DNA from: Intoshia linei
Taxonomy: Eukaryota > Animalia > Orthonectida
Direction of reading: 5' to 3'
Assembly (NCBI GenBank): GCA_001642005.1
Contig: LWCA01000143.1
Coordinates: 1 to 47,692, forward strand
Length of the DNA: 47,692 nucleotides
This document shows, piece by piece, positions 1-14,338 of the stretch. The translations under genes were made by a program, and so were the position numbers. Below the pieces are notes generated by a model. It made no database searches, was not told where the DNA came from, and worked only from the letters and a program-made list of their open reading frames with translations. Positions within the stretch are counted from its first letter, which is position 1; every line of letters begins with the position of its first letter.

Positions 1-980
1 CAAAACAATTTCATATGATTTTTCTCAACTGAACAATAAAAATATGCTTCTCATCATGCATCCAATACTAAAGATGAAATCTCAAATGTTGGTACTAAAA
101 AACTTTCTTTTAAAAATATTTCAAGTTGACTCATGAAAATAATAAATACATACATCGCTATTAAGAAGCGGATTTTCATGAATTTCAAAAAAATGAAATT
201 TTTAATTAATTATCATTGCTAGACATGATTGATATATCTTGATATTTGGTATATATTTAGTTTTTACTTATATAACAGTTTTACTAAAACTAATCTTTTA
301 ACATTATACTTTTCAAAAAACTGTTTCATTATGTTATTATTACCCCAACATCAATTGTTTGTTTTTTGAAAAATTGTATCAAGAATATTGGTATTGGTAT
401 TGTGCACACACCTAATAAAAACACAGCCATAAAATTTTATGTTTGCAAAGGATTCTTATGTGTTATACCTAATATTAAGAAAATCTGTAAGAATAGTCAA
501 ATTAAATGATATCATTAATTCTATAAAATAAATATTATAATTAACTCGACTTTCGACAATAAAAACTTTTGATTTTAAATTTATTAGAAATTGATAGATT
601 TTAGAATCTGAATAATGACTTAATTAATAATCTTCTTTTTTGATTGTAAAGTTATATCAGTCTAAAAAAATACCTTTAGGTTTTTGAATAATTTTTTCAA
701 GTTGACCGAGGATTTTATAAGAGTAAAAGTGTTGTTAAAAGGTTGGACTCCTAGCATTAAAAAGGTCGGGAAACACTATTTTCGATTCTAGAATGATAAA
801 TAAATCGTATCGATGTAGATCAATGATGGCAAAAACTGTATTTTTTAGTGTTAGGAATTGACGTTATTAATTGGTATTTATATTTGAGTTTTTTTAATTC
901 TAGGATTGTATTATCTTATTTGTAGTTAATTAATTTAATTGCATGTTGGGGCCTAGTTATTATATACATTCTACATTTAG

Positions 981-3900
981 ATGTTATCGGTGATAACTCC
1001 TCATTTGATTTGGTTAAACGCAGACAATATAAAAAAAAGACTAAAAATGATTTAATGCCGATTTCAAGGCCTACAATTTCAGCGAAAATGCTTGTTAATG
1101 AAGCAAGTGCTGTTAAAGTATCTACTACTCAGAGTAATCAAATAATTGCTGATAAAAGAATACTTAGTTATACTAAAGAATCTGAAAATATTCAAACTTC
1201 GCAAACTCCAGATTTACCAAAAATTCAAATGGTACAATCAAACATTAGAAATCACCCAAAGCTAATTGAAAGCTTGCAAAGATCACCACAATTGCCTCAA
1301 TATTATTCTAATAACAGACGTCATATGCCAAATACTTTTCAGAACCAAAACGCATATGTTACAAATTCTAATTCCGGAATATACCAAAATATAATTAACA
1401 TCCCACAAATACCAAATACACCTCAAAATGTCAACCAAACGTATTCTGTTCCAATCACACCGCAACGAATTCAAAATCAGCCTCAGAACGTCCCAGATAA
1501 CATTAACAATCAACCTCGCAATTCTCATATGATGAATTATCCGATGAATAATGCACAGATGGTCATTCGAAGTCCTAGAATTCATAACTATCAATATGTT
1601 AATAATAATTTTCCTGCAGTTGACGGTCAAATTCAACCTAGGTCAAATGTCATGACGTATCAAATGCGACAACCGCCAGTATCAAATATTAGATATCAAC
1701 GTCAAATAGTGAGAACTAGGTTGCCTGATCCTAATACAATTATTAAAGAATTAAATGTATGTTACCAAGAACTCAACAATCTTGAAAAAAACCCCACTTT
1801 TCAACCAAATTGTGAAGAAATTAATTCGAAAAAACGTAAAATTAACCAATTACGCAATATACTAAACATGATACGACAAAATGGAAATAGAAATGTAATA
1901 AATCAAAACATTCAAAGACCGATGGTGAATTATCAGGGAAATAGACCAATGGAGAAAGCAGTACCGGTGCCGGGACAACAGAGATTTAATTTGAGTGAAT
2001 TGCCGGAAGCCCAACAAAAAAGTATACTTCAATCAATATCTGAAGCTCAACAAAAAAAAGGCCAACAAATTGGAAAATTGCAATCTGTGGTTATCATTAG
2101 AACCCCTCAAGGCAATGGTTTACCGCCAAAACAGCAAATTATTGTACAACAACTCGTAAAACCTACAGATCATCAGAACAACACGTCGACTCCAATGTAT
2201 AAAGTGTATGATAAAAATTCTAGATTAAGGCATACAATGTCAGCCACCAATAAAGTAATAGAAGATACGATTAAAAGATCAAATATTTTTGACGAAAGTA
2301 AAAATGCGTATGCTCATGCAGACGATGAAAATTTTAAAAATATGATGAAATATAAAGAGAATAGACCTAGTTATGCTAAACGTAAATATACAAAAAAAAA
2401 TGTCAACGTTATAGCAGAAGGAGAGGTGGTTAAAAAGAAAAGTGATAAAAAAAAACGAAAAAATATTTATACCGATGACAACTCATCCGATGATATTATG
2501 AGTGAAATTGAAGAATATGAAGAAGAAAAATCTAAATCAATAATTACGTTAAAGGGTGATGGTGCATTCGACATGTCAAATATCCCAACAAGAAAATCTA
2601 CAAGAACTACTAGTAGGAAGCGATATGTGGATGATGATGCAGAGTATTTAAAAGACGACTTTGTTGCAGAAACTAAACGACCGAAAAAGGAAGCTAAACC
2701 TATTGAAATTGTAAATAAAGTAGAGGATTATGTAAAATGTAAAATAAAACCAGATAATCCAGAAAAAAAGACTGAACCTGTGATACCAAAAGACCCGATC
2801 GAGTACGATACTACCATGAACATTGAAAAAGTTTTGGGAGATCGTGAAAATGTACGTTTTAAATTGGCAGAATATTCAGACTTGGTTAAAACAGAAATAA
2901 ACGATATTGAATACTTGGTAAAATACCGCCATTTTTCATATTTGCACTGTGAATGGAAAACAGAGGAGGAGTTGATGGGGTATGATTCCAGAATTAAACA
3001 GAAAATTAAACGGTATAGAATGAAAAAAGCGTTTAGAAGCGAAAATCTATTTGATTCGAGCATTCAAGACGCTGGTGTTTTTTATAACCCAAACTACTGT
3101 CTTGTTGATCGAATTTTGGATGTATCTGATTCTCTGGAACCCAATGAACCCAGAAACAACGGAGAAAAAAAGTTGTACTACCTGGTAAAATGGCTGTCAC
3201 TACCTTATATGGCTGCTACTTGGGAAATTGCAGAAGAGGTTGATAAAGAAAAGATTGAAGAATTTTACAAGATACGAAATGACAAAGAATTGGCCAAAAA
3301 AATTATGAAAAGACCACCCCCTCCAATAAACGAAACATACATGTGGCGAAAAGTTCAATTAGATAAAAAATACAAAAACGATAACATGTTGAGAAACTAT
3401 CAAGTGGAAGGAGTAAATTGGCTGAATTATAATTATGTGTACCGACAACCTTGTATTTTAGCGGACGAAATGGGTCTTGGAAAAACTATTCAGTCCATTG
3501 GTCATATCAATGAACTCTATTGTTATGGAATAAGAGGTCCATTTTTAATTATTGTTCCACTCTCCACTTTATCCAATTGGTACCGAGAATTTCAAGAATG
3601 GACTGATATTAATCCTGTGGTTTATCACGGAACAAGCGAAGACAGAAAAATGATTCAAAAATATGAATTCTTTTACAGAGAAAACGACGTACCTTTAGAA
3701 AATATTTTTAAAATGAACGTTCTGATCACTACATATGAAATTATAATTAGTGACATTGACATTCTTGCAAAAATTTATTGGCGTTCTGCAATAATAGACG
3801 AAGCTCATAGGTTAAAAAATAGAAATTCTCGTTTACTCATATCTCTCAAAGCTTTCTCTGTTGAACACAAAATTTTACTAACTGGAACACCTCTTCAAAA

Positions 3901-6900
3901 TAACGTTACTGAACTTTTTAGTTTGTTAAATTTTTTGGAACCGGATAGGTTTAACCATTTACCAATGTTTCTCGGAGATTTTGGTGATTTGAAAACAATT
4001 GAACAGGTTAATAAGTTAAAAGTGATTCTAAAACCCATGATGCTGCGTCGGTTAAAAGAAGACGTTGAAAAATCATTGGCTCCCAAAGAGGAAACTATTA
4101 TTGAAGTTGAACTTACAAATATCCAAAAAAAATACTATAGAGCTATTTTAGAAGGTAATTTCAGTTTTTTGACTAACCAGACTTCAGGAGCTCTGCCATC
4201 TTTGGTCAATACAATGATGGAATTGCGTAAATGTTGTAATCATCCATTTTTAATCAAAGGAGCTGAAGATAAAATAATCTCAACCGCTAAAACCAAATTG
4301 GAAAATCATGAATTAATAACTAACCCAAACGTGTTTTATGACTGTGTAGTCAAATCTTGCGGTAAATTGGTGCTTATCGATAAACTTTTACCGAGATTGA
4401 AGAATAACAATCATAGAGTGTTGATTTTTTCTCAAATGATACGGGTCTTAGATATTTTGGAGGATTATTTAATTAATAGAGGTTATCTATACGAAAGGTT
4501 AGATGGTAGAATTCATGGTAATAAACGACAAGAGTCTATTGACCGATTTAATCGACCAAAATCAGATAGATTTGTATTCTTATTGTGCACTCGTGCAGGT
4601 GGGTTGGGTATTAATCTCACTGCGGCTGATACTGTAATTATTTATGATTCTGATTGGAATCCTCAGAACGACTTACAAGCTCAAGCAAGGTGTCACAGAA
4701 TTGGACAAACTAAGCCAGTTAAAATTTACAGACTGATTACAAGAAATACGTATGAGCGAGAAATGTTTGATAAGGCTTCTCTCAAACTGGGACTCGATAG
4801 GGCTGTTTTAAATAGAGCTTCTACTGTAACAAATGATACAGAAGGTACGAATGACTACTCCACTTCAAAACCCGTCATGTCTAGAAAGGAAGTTGAAAAA
4901 TTGTTGAGAAAGGGCGCATACGCAGCTGTCATGGATGATGATGGATCTGAAGATACTTTTTGTGAAGAAGATATCGATCACATTTTGGAAAGGCGTACCA
5001 CTACTGTAAAAGTTGGTGATTCCGGTGAAGTGGGATCAACGTTTTCTAAAGCTTCATTTAGTGCATCATACAATCGAAACGATATTGATATTGACGATCC
5101 AAATTTTTGGGACAAATGGTCTAAAAAAGTAAATTTCATACAGCAAGATCCATTAGAAAGTTTAATAATGATGACGCCTCGTCGTCGTAAACAAAACCAA
5201 AAATTTGACGATTCTGAAAATTCTGATGATTATAAAGATCCTAAGGAAACTAAAAAATTAAAAAAGAAACTCTCACGTCGTAAATCTAAGCGAGTCAACA
5301 TGAAGCCAAGTAAATATATGGAAAATCAAGATTCTGAAAATTCAGCTGGATCTAATGAAGAAGGTTATAAATCAAAAGAAGACAGAAAACGCCCTGGGCG
5401 ACCATATGCAAAAATTAAACAAGTTGCAAATCATCTTTGTCAACATGGTATATCTTCTAAACAAAGAGTTGTGGTTACTCCAGGTTATGATATGAAAACA
5501 TGTTGCTGTATTTATAGTAGAAAGTATTTCTTTCGGATAGAAAAGAAGATGATGAAATTTGGATGGGGTGAATTTAGTCGCGTATATGATATGTTGGTAA
5601 AAGAGTTACCCATTATTTTCGAGGAGTTTACACTCGACTGTCTAATTAAACAGGCAAAATCAATGGTCATGTTTGCTCTGAAGCACTATGTAGGGGACAC
5701 AAACATTAAATCTTTTTTGTACGAATTAGTAAACGATAAATCAAACGATGAGCAATCCAATGACGTCGAAAGTGAAAAATCTGAATCAAAAAATAATGAT
5801 ACTTACAATTATGGATTATTGAATCCTGTACCTCGTGGTAGAAAATCTAAAAAAAGTCAGCAAGCCGCAGAAAAATTAACGGAGGCTATATTTTATGAAG
5901 ACGAGCAGTATAAAATGGATGATAGCTTCAAACGTCATTTAAAAAGACACTCACAGAAATTTTTGTTGAGGGTACGGTTGATGTATTATCTGAAAATGGA
6001 ACTATTGGGTAGTGAAACGGAAAGTATACTGAATGGAAGAGATGCTGATGAAATAATGCTATTTTTTCCTCCTAACGAAAATCCCAAAAATTCTGAAAAC
6101 CCTACATGGTGGTGCGAAAAATGTGACAAGTCATTGCTTATCGGTGTGTATAAACATGGATTTGACAGTTATAAAAATATTTTGTTGGACGAAACATTGT
6201 ATTTCAGCAAAGTTTGTTCAACGGAACAAGTTTCTACCAGTCTGAAGAATAATGAAGATTCTGATAATACCGACAAAGATTCCGTTGGTGATGAAGAAGA
6301 TACAATTGATTATGATATTGACGAGTCGTCCAAAATTAGTAGCCCAATTAAAACCGAGTCTATTTTGGTTGACGATCAGACGTGTTTGACAAAAAAATAC
6401 ACTTATCCTTCTGATGCTGAATTAACTGTTAAATTTCGAAGATTAATTACACGATTTCAGCGTTGGCAGCGGCGAAGTCAACTTGATGATGAAAAGATGG
6501 CAAAGCGAATTGAAAGAAGAATGAAAATGGTTGAAATTATGATGGAAAAAGAACGCTATAGAAATTTGTGCAACAAGAAATGGTCTGTTCGTGAACAATC
6601 AGATTTTTTAAAAAACCTCAACAATTTCGGTATAGAATACAACGAAGACGCCAATTCACAATTGGAATCAATAAATTGGGAAAATTTCAAAAAAATGGCC
6701 AAATTGGACCGAAAAAATGACGAATCTCTCAACAAACACCTCACAGAATTTTATGAATACTGTTCAACTATATTAAAAAAGAATGAGATTGATAATGTGC
6801 ATGATTCGATTGAGTCCAAAGAGTGTGATTTCGAAATAAAGAAGGATAATGTTCTAGAAAATGATACATTGTCTAGTGGATTAGGTTCAGATGGACTTTC

Positions 6901-9694
6901 CCAGTTGTATACTCCATTTGATATGGTAGTTTCGGTCGAAAAAGCCTTAAAAATATTTTATCGTAGCCAATTAATCAATCGTATTCGATGTAAAATTTTA
7001 AAAAATCCAAAATTTGAAGAACGTATTAAAATGTGCAATTCAGCAAATGATATGCCATTTTGGTGGATCCCCGGTCTCCATGATTTACATCTATTAAAAG
7101 GTGTCGCAAAGCATGGCCTAGGAAAAATGTATTTTAATATTTTATGCGATGAAACTTTTGATTTTATTCAAATATTAAAACAACGACTTCAAGAACCGAA
7201 TATATTGTTCAAATTGTGCCAAATGAAATTAATCGATAATGTAGATGTTGTATTAACCACACAATGCTTAATGGGCATAGTCACAAGTTTGCACTCTTTC
7301 AAATATGGTTCCAACAAACAAAAGAAAAAAAAGAAGCAAAATGGTGAACCTTTAATTAACAATGAAACTGAAATACTTGAAAAGACTGAAAGTTCCAACG
7401 AATCTAACAATAGACATAATGACTTCTTTTTTTATTCCTACATTATAGAATGGCCAAAAGTAATTTTTTAATTGTTTTTTTATATTTTATTTTAGGATCG
7501 TATTATATTGTACAGAATCAAAAACCTTTCGAATCTTATTGAAACTGGAATTTGGATTGATAGTCCCAAACGGACTGAAAAGTATTCATCTATAAATGCA
7601 TTTAAAAACAAAACAGATGATCACGGATATTGTGAAATGTATGATGATGGTGATATCAATACAGAGGAGTATTTAAACGTAATTTTAAAATATAAATACA
7701 TAATCAAATATAGTCATGTAAAATGTAAACATAGGGCCATTTCATATATATACCAAGTTGTTTTAATTATTTATAATTTTGAAAAATATATACAAATATG
7801 TTTTTTTAAGTATTTTAATTCACCTATAATTTTCGTAGTGCGTTAATTTGTAAAGTTTTATTTTTTTAACTTTTAAAATATAATTTTAATTAGCCAGTTG
7901 ATGTACATAATACTGATATCATAATGCTTGTAATTTCATGCTGGTTAACATCAAAAATTAACTTTTTAAACTTTCGGCAGCCCTAGATATAAGTTATTAC
8001 TTCAGGTATTTAAAATTTTATTTTTTCTGGAATTCATTTGATTTATGACGATTTTTATGTTGTAACTATAAATGTACTGTTTGTACTTTATTTTGATCAT
8101 ACTACATACATACATATTATTAAGATCATTATCACTTATAAATTAAAAAATTGGATCAAAAAATTTTTTTTAAAATTCTTTACGTAAATTTTAACAAAAA
8201 ATCATTAAATATCATTAATTCAGTTTACATTTAATTTAATGTGAAACGATCGGTCCATGGTAAAACAAGTTTGGGAACCACTCCTTTGTAATGATACTGA
8301 TTATTAGCATGTTTTTGTAACATGATATTATTTATTTTTTTGGGGTAGAATTAAAAAAGTCCAACTATGCAGAGCTAGTCCTTTTTGTATGAATTACATA
8401 ATATTCAAGCCTGTGTATATTTTATACATATTATTTACTCTGAATTAATTATGTCAATATTACGCACATAACAGTATATTTAACCCAACAAGTTTTATAA
8501 TTAATTATATGCAAGTTTTTATAAATTTCTCATATTTAATAGTTTATTGGATACTAACCACATTAATGTTTCAATAGATTTAAGAGGTAATAAATGTTGG
8601 ATAATTTTACTTCGTCGGACCTCGATTTAATGAAAAATTCATTTACAAAATAAAATTATCTTTTATTCACTAATTAAGTTTATTTTACCGTCTGTTTGTA
8701 AATCCAGTTAATTCGATATTAAAACTTTATACAAAAATTTGTATATTTTTGATGAATTAACAAAATTGTATTATTGACATTTTTTTGCCTTGTTTAATTT
8801 ATAAAAAAATAAAAGCGTTTCGATAACTTTATCGATTTATTTATTTCAGTAAAAATTTTCTATCAATTAATTTTGAGAAAAATCCAATTTTACTTTTTAA
8901 TTTAATTAATTCCAATTTAATTTTATATATACTGTATAAGGCTTTGTATAAACCTATATTAATTAATTCAAACTACGTTTTTTTAAATAGAATTCGGAAA
9001 AAGATGCACTAAATGAAACAAATAGAATAAAGTCAGATAAAGCGGATGAAACTGAAGAAAATTTCGAAAAAGTATTGTCTTCGATAAAAACGTTAAGCAA
9101 TTTTCATACACACATGCTAAAATCTATATATAAGGTACTTTTTTATTTTAATTGATAAAATATAATTTAGAATTCATGCAAAACTATAAAACCTATATCC
9201 AAATTGTTCAGCGACGCCGCGTTGAAAATTAGTGAATTATCTGGCACTAATGGGTTAGAATTAATGTTGAATGTATCTCCCAGTAATTCTATATGGAACT
9301 GTAATATAATTAATTTTAGACACGCTGGTCGCTTTAACCTCTGTCGACTATTTTGACAAACAATTCCTGGTCAAATTGAGTGACTTGATGGACACATTGA
9401 AAAAGGATTGCCGACTTTTTGTCGATCCTTTGGATAGAAGTTCTCTTAATTTAAACGTAAATGGCACTTAATTAATTAAATATATCATATTTTTAGAAAG
9501 AAATACCAATACAAAACCTCATAACCACTAGTCAAGATAGAGAATCAAGTTTACTGGAAACTAGTTTACAAATTTTTCCAAATATTTCAAAAACAAATAT
9601 AGAAGTGTCTGCCAAATTTCCAAATTTTAACGTAGAATTAATGACGCACTATGTGAAGCTAGATAAAGGCCTTAAAAAACTACTTGTAAAATAA
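981..9694 (+). CDS. CHD7: CHD6-9/kismet subfamily chromodomain-helicase DNA-binding protein. Exons ~981-7459, 7496-7678, 8991-9134, 9171-9282, 9320-9456, 9497-9694; true 5' start uncertain.
   Basis: Two chromodomains (YLVKYRHFSYLHCEW; YYLVKWLSLPYMAATWE) and SNF2 motifs LADEMGLGKT, IIDEAHRLKN and QAQARCHRIG. Subfamily motifs PVPRGRKSKK and KRHLKRHSQKFLLRVRLMYYLK. The 36-nt intron 7460-7495 restores the conserved WPK|DR. Downstream small exons join in phase to TAA at 9692-9694; these are less certain than the main exon. Confidence 0.92.
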
Positions 9695-9904
9695 TTTTCA
9701 CGAACGACCTTATAAATAGTATTATGAATTGTAATATTTTAATTCCTACTTCAGTACATAATTATTAAAAATTTATACAAATTTCATTTCATTTATTTAC
9801 ATAAATATCAAAGCATGTTATTTACACAATTTAAAATAGCTAATAACCTCTATGAAAATTTAATTTGAAGTATTCACCTAATTCATGTATTTATCGAAGA
9901 ATAC

Positions 9905-12405
9905 ATGATTACTCAAAAGATGTGCCAGATATGTGGTGATAAGGCTAATGGTTATAATTTTAGTGCAATTTCTTGTGAATCGTGCAAAGCCTTTTTTAGG
10001 CGTAATCATAACAAAGTAATTAAAGTTAATGATATACTTTTACATTATTAGAACATTAAGGGGAGATGTGAGGGTTATTGCAACATTACTGTAGAAAGTC
10101 GATCGTATTGCAAAAAATGCCGTCTCTCTAAATGTTTCAGTGTAGGCATGAAATCTCGCTTTTCGCGTGCAAAGAGCGAGAAGGTCACCAAAAAGCCTAA
10201 AAAATGTAAGTAAATATATAATATCTAATGTATCCCGCATGATTCAAACTAAAAATGAGTATTTTACAATTTATACACATTAGGGTGTTCTAAAAGGGGT
10301 GAATTTTGGAAAATATGAATAATTCTCTAAAAATAAAATTGTGATATAAATAACTACTTTTTGTTCACAAAAAAATAACCGCCAGACATTTCATGTCCGT
10401 GTCCGTTCACAATATCGTAAATCAAAAGATCGTATTTATTTTGTTTAAGTTTAAATTAAATAATTCATTAACTAGTTCATTTAATTTAGACTACAAAACC
10501 AAGCAAAAAATGAAATATTAAGATACCATATTATACCTACAAATCATATTACAAAAATAAAAATATTCTATGGTGTTCACACCAGAGAATATTTTTTATC
10601 CAATTATATTTACGATATTTAGTTTAGTTATGAAGTTTTTTTTTTACGATCAAAAAACGATCTTTTGATAGTGCGGCTTTCATGTCGTAAATTGGTGAAA
10701 AGTATTGAAACTTGAATTTTTATATAAAATTAATGATATATGTTATAGAATTATTTTGGAAGAGTCTTGTAAGTTTATTTGACAAATTTTTAATAACATT
10801 AAGGTAGATATATTTATTATTCATAAAATGTTCTAAAATTCATGGAGTTTCTAAAAATCCACTTTTTAAATACAAACATTTACTTTACACAATAGAAATT
10901 CAAAGTGTCGACTTGTTTAATATAAAATATTTTAATCAGCAAAATACAGACTAGGAACTTTTCCAGGTGTAATTCTAATAAATAATTTCATTAAATAGTT
11001 ATTAAATTATGTGGGATAATCTATTATTCCATTAAAATTAGCCACCAAAGTTACCGTAAAGAATTCTGTAAATCAGCTCAACAATGTATATTATCCTAAT
11101 TTTGAAATTCAAAAAATTGTAAAAAATAAAGAAAATTGGGAACATGAGGAATTAAATCCTTTTGAAGTAGATTCGCCTCCTGTCAATGAAACCTCAGAGA
11201 AATTAAACAAAAACCAACTCAATAACATCCTTAAAAAAATAAAGCGATTTGACGGCGGTGAATCAAAAAGCATAAAAGCAAAACCGTGCAAAGGTGAATA
11301 TCACCAATACAAGATTGATATTTGTAATACTCATTGGCAGGGAAATCATCTGTGTAAATCTGCCTCCTCTCCAGATAGTGTGTTTGATAGGAAATACGAA
11401 AAATTCCATATTGTATCTGGAGAACCTATATGTTATATAACCAATGTTAGTGCCAGTGATGTAGTTATACCCCACGACCCAATCAGTACAAATATAATTC
11501 GTGCAACTCTAGAAGCCTTCGGTGGAATAAAACAAAAACTAGATGCAGATATGCCTTGTATGTCTTCCAAGTATTCTCATAAAAAAATGTACAAACTGGT
11601 GGATGATAATATTACCAAAGAAAAAAAGAAGCCTACAACCAACATGATTAGTTTTAGTGACTTAAAAGATGTGAAATCATTTACTACTTACGTAAACAAA
11701 ATTCTATCTCTAGATGACTCTTCACTGAGAATTTTAATCAACTCTATTGGCAACATTGAAGGTTTCGCTAAGATTGATATTAACTACAAAATACCCATAC
11801 TAAAAAATGTCGTTTCCGATCTACTTTTAATTCGCAATTCAAGTCTAATTAACGACAATATAAAATCTAAATTGTATCACTCAATAGACTGTATTCTTAA
11901 CAATCCAAAACACGAACAAGAATCTCATAACTCTAACTTTAATTATGTACGAGGAGGGCTTTTTCTTAAGGATATTTTGACAGTTATGAAAAACATTGAT
12001 AGATTAGTTAGAAATGATATTTACATTGAAATATTGCTAATAGCTATAATTCTTTTTAATACCGACAATATTGATGGGTTGGATCATATTTACAGGTGTC
12101 CTACTTCCTGTAGCAAACTATGTAAATTTAGAAATGCTACCAATTACCCAAACCCGAAATGTGCTAATTTCGTTCTATATTCTACAAATAAAAATCTTAT
12201 CAATTTACAAGACATATACTCAAAATCTCTCACCAATTATTTACGTGTTTATTACAATGACGGGACTCTTCACATGTGTCGACTTATTAATCTCATTTCT
12301 GATATCAAAACTGTTAGCCATAGGTACAAATCCATTCTAGCTAGTTTATCATCAAATGATGTTGAACCTCTTGTCGGTGAAATGTTAGATATTCAACCAA
12401 AATGA
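9905..12405 (+). CDS. Nuclear hormone receptor, NR1J (HR96/DAF-12/NHR-8)-like. Exons 9905-10015, 10052-10205, 11042-12405.
   Basis: C4 zinc fingers CQICGDKANGYNFSAISCESCKAFFRRN...CKKCRLSKCFSVGM; the CESCKA P-box is typical of NR1J. LBD signatures GFAKIDINYKIPILK and LLIAIILFNTD, and AF-2-like EPLVGEMLD. Splice phases (0, 1) are consistent. Confidence 0.9.
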
Positions 12406-14338
12406 TAAAAAATCTATAATGCCAATTATTAACCTCTAAAAAGTTGAATGTGATATTCAATAAAGTCTTAAAATTCATCTACATCGCTATATGTATGACA
12501 TTTTAAATAATACATGCACTTTTAAATCGAATCTAATTAATCTATTTTATGCAATCTTGATCTACCAAAATGTCTATGTAAAATTTGTAATCAGTATTCT
12601 AATTTACATTTTAATGTACTTGAGCTTGTCAATAATCGCATATCGTTCTGCTTCCAGATACCTACTGATAAAACACATGTATAAATGTAAATAATTTGAA
12701 CCAAAATGTAAAAAATATCTTGAGTGTATTGATTTGCTGATTAATTTAAAAATGTTGTGGGAGAATTCTACCGCAACACCTAAGACAAAAATAAAAGTAA
12801 TTCATTTGATGTATTCAAATAGGAATTGTATCAAGTCATACCAAGTTTTTATCTAAATCTACATTTAACAGTAATCAGTAAAAATTATATAATTTTTCTC
12901 AACCGAGTCTAGCAATATTGATTGGCAAAAAATATTCAAAAATTAAAAAAAAATTAGTATTATAACGTACGTTCCAGTTGATCTAGAGCAGTGGTTCGCG
13001 ATTGCGGGCCCCTGGACCCCCTGGGGTCAAAAACTATATACCTTGGGTCCGTGAGATTCAAATAAAAATAAATTTTATAAAGTTTTTTTAATTTTAGAAT
13101 TTTTAATATTTCGCGTTATAATATTATATATATATATTAGAGTTATAATGTTCTATTTGACTTTTTGACAAAAATGATGTTTTTAATGAAAAATGTTGTA
13201 AATCATATAAAATTCAAACCCGTTCTAGAATACACAATATGATAAAGATTTTAAAATCATCAATATTATAATAAATTTTCACGATCAAAACTACAAATTA
13301 CCATATTTTTAAAAAATGAAAATACAGTAATTGTAGTCTTAGAATTTAAAAAAAATTACAGAGAATACACTTATATCTAGTGAAATCTATAAAAATTCAA
13401 CCTGAAAAGTGACGACTTCACGGTTAAAAAATCACTTTAGTAGTCGTTTCTGAAAATTTTGAAACGGATATCGTTTTTACCCATTTCTAATCCAAACCAT
13501 ATTGTCCCAAAACGTGGGCATGCTCTTAATTGGGAACCATAATAAATTATAATTGATGAAAGAAATAATGTTAGATACTGTAATTAGTTAAAATTTAACT
13601 AAATATTGATATACACGTGGATTGAAATAAAAATTTTTCAAATGCAATTCAGTAAAAGAGGAAAAATAGAATTATTTTCAACCGTCCAAAAAAAGATTGA
13701 GAAATCCAGCTACACATATAAACTATATCCTCCTGTATAAGGTGCTTTTTAGTTTAATTTAAATTTAAACTTTTGTACAAACAGTTCACTTTTTAACCTG
13801 GTTAAGTGCATAAATAAATATGTCATGAGTCAGGATTCCTGACACCTTTAATATTTGGTAACAAAACATTAAATCAAATTCTAACTCAACTAAACTAAAA
13901 TCTCAATTCAAACTACTACCAAGTACCTTGTTTTGTGGAATTAAATAAAAAGTATTGTATCAATGGATACAAAAAGAATGACAACTTGGGTACTAAACTT
14001 GTATCTATAATTATTTTCGAAATCTATGATATTTATTTTTTCTAAAACAAAACTATAGTTTTGAAAATTTTAAATGAACCTTGTAATCGTAAACTAAATA
14101 CCTTGAACTTTCACAATAATACAGCAATACTCCATTTTTTAATTTGAAATGCCATTTATTTAATTTGGAATTGGCAGGATGAATGATAGTTGGCTATATT
14201 TTGCCAGTGGAGTGATATCAACGATATTGGGTCGAATGTTGTACAAGAAACTATTAACAAAAGCCGTAGTAAAGTTTCCTTTAAATAAAACCATAAGAAA
14301 AACAAGGGTAAATTTAATAAAAACATAAATGTACAAAA

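Noticed and set aside
1-980. Possible upstream CHD coding exon
   Set aside because: No ATG-containing exon with a compatible phase-1 donor could be identified convincingly.
1283-7410. Short antisense ORFs inside the CHD exon (and similar ones inside the OTU, NAV-like and integrase ORFs)
   Set aside because: Shadow ORFs of real coding sequence with no recognisable motifs.
10278-10890. CATTAGGGTG terminus (also 24141, 45221) and internal inverted repeat ATCAAAAGATCGT/ACGATCTTTTGAT
   Set aside because: Probably an old MITE family, but no matching opposite end or TSD could be established. It is not a telomeric array (single TTAGGG).
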